DNA of 63,095 nt, the filler included, from Choristocarpus tenellus KU-1152 (taxonomy: Eukaryota; Protista; Phaeophyceae), in the NCBI GenBank assembly GCA_964200185.2. It is 9 parts of 9 records of this genome, joined end to end, with 100 filler letters (N's around TTAATTAATTAA, not from the genome) between each part and the next. Parts side by side here need not be neighbours in the genome. Positions count along the whole stretch, not along the records: positions 59,543 to 63,095 come from CAXNAD020019303.1; 8 more parts are not named here. One strand, written 5' to 3'. Made by a program: the position numbers and the translations under genes. Shown here one piece after another: positions 62,673-63,095 of this stretch. The notes beneath the pieces were generated by a model that was given only the letters and a program-made list of their open reading frames with translations, was not told the DNA's origin and searched no databases. Every line of letters begins with the position of its first letter. Position 1 is the stretch's first letter.

Positions 62673-63095
62673 GGGTAACGCAAAAGAATGAACACATATG
62701 ACATTTTTTTTGTGTGAATTGTTGTAAAACGCCTACATATAGGCAGAAATCCCATAAACCTCCGTTTAAATTTAATACACAGGGGGAATTTTGTACATAT
62801 TTTTTGTGGGATGGATAATATATGTGCACTTTTCCTGGTTTTGCCCCAAATGGACACCCTGGTGTAGACCACCCCCCCACCCCCCACCCCCTAGATACTT
62901 TATGTCAGGAGGAAAATGGATCAGTCAGAATCGGAATGTGGACCTTCCTCCTGACTGTTTGGTCAAAATCTGGATCTTGTGGGTGTGTCTGTTTTTGTGT
63001 ACTGGTTGATATGGGCAAGTTTCAATGACATGGGATGGCATTCACAAGTGTGTGTGGGGGAGATCCCAAAAAAGAGACCTGTCCCTGACATGCAT

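Noticed and set aside
62567-62887. ORFs with HHITS repeats
   Set aside because: Translation of the (TGATG)n microsatellite plus a MITE end.

Overview
Eukaryotic nuclear DNA with spliceosomal introns, probably a brown alga or close stramenopile relative (inferred from gene families, intron style and TTAGGG repeats). It consists of nine contigs joined by artificial 100-bp N44-TTAATTAATTAA-N44 linkers. Phase-consistent spliced gene models built by hand: a short DEN-box/D-box protein that is a candidate securin/PATRONUS-like APC/C substrate (2757->4218, +); coilin (13760-17837, +); a 19-exon ankyrin-repeat TRP channel of about 1220 aa (21123-35448, +); a tandem-domain DxD glycosyltransferase-like gene (43229-49684, -, 5' end missing); and an internal part of an SLC12 cation-chloride cotransporter (51430-54466, +). 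Mobile DNA: an intron-rich Sola/DUF7869-type DDE transposase pseudogene (7412-11621, -), four MITE subfamilies sharing a G(A/G)GYCAAA terminus, and relics of hAT, RTE-LINE, Copia and RLE-type LINE elements. The most unusual signals are (i) a ~190-bp uninterrupted bacterial, Rickettsiales-like pntB fragment inside a TRP-gene intron, (ii) about 15 short interstitial TTAGGG tracts, several placed between duplicated host sequence as expected for telomerase-patched breaks, (iii) the candidate securin, and (iv) CpG decay across MITE copies. All family assignments come from motif recognition by eye; no database search was run.
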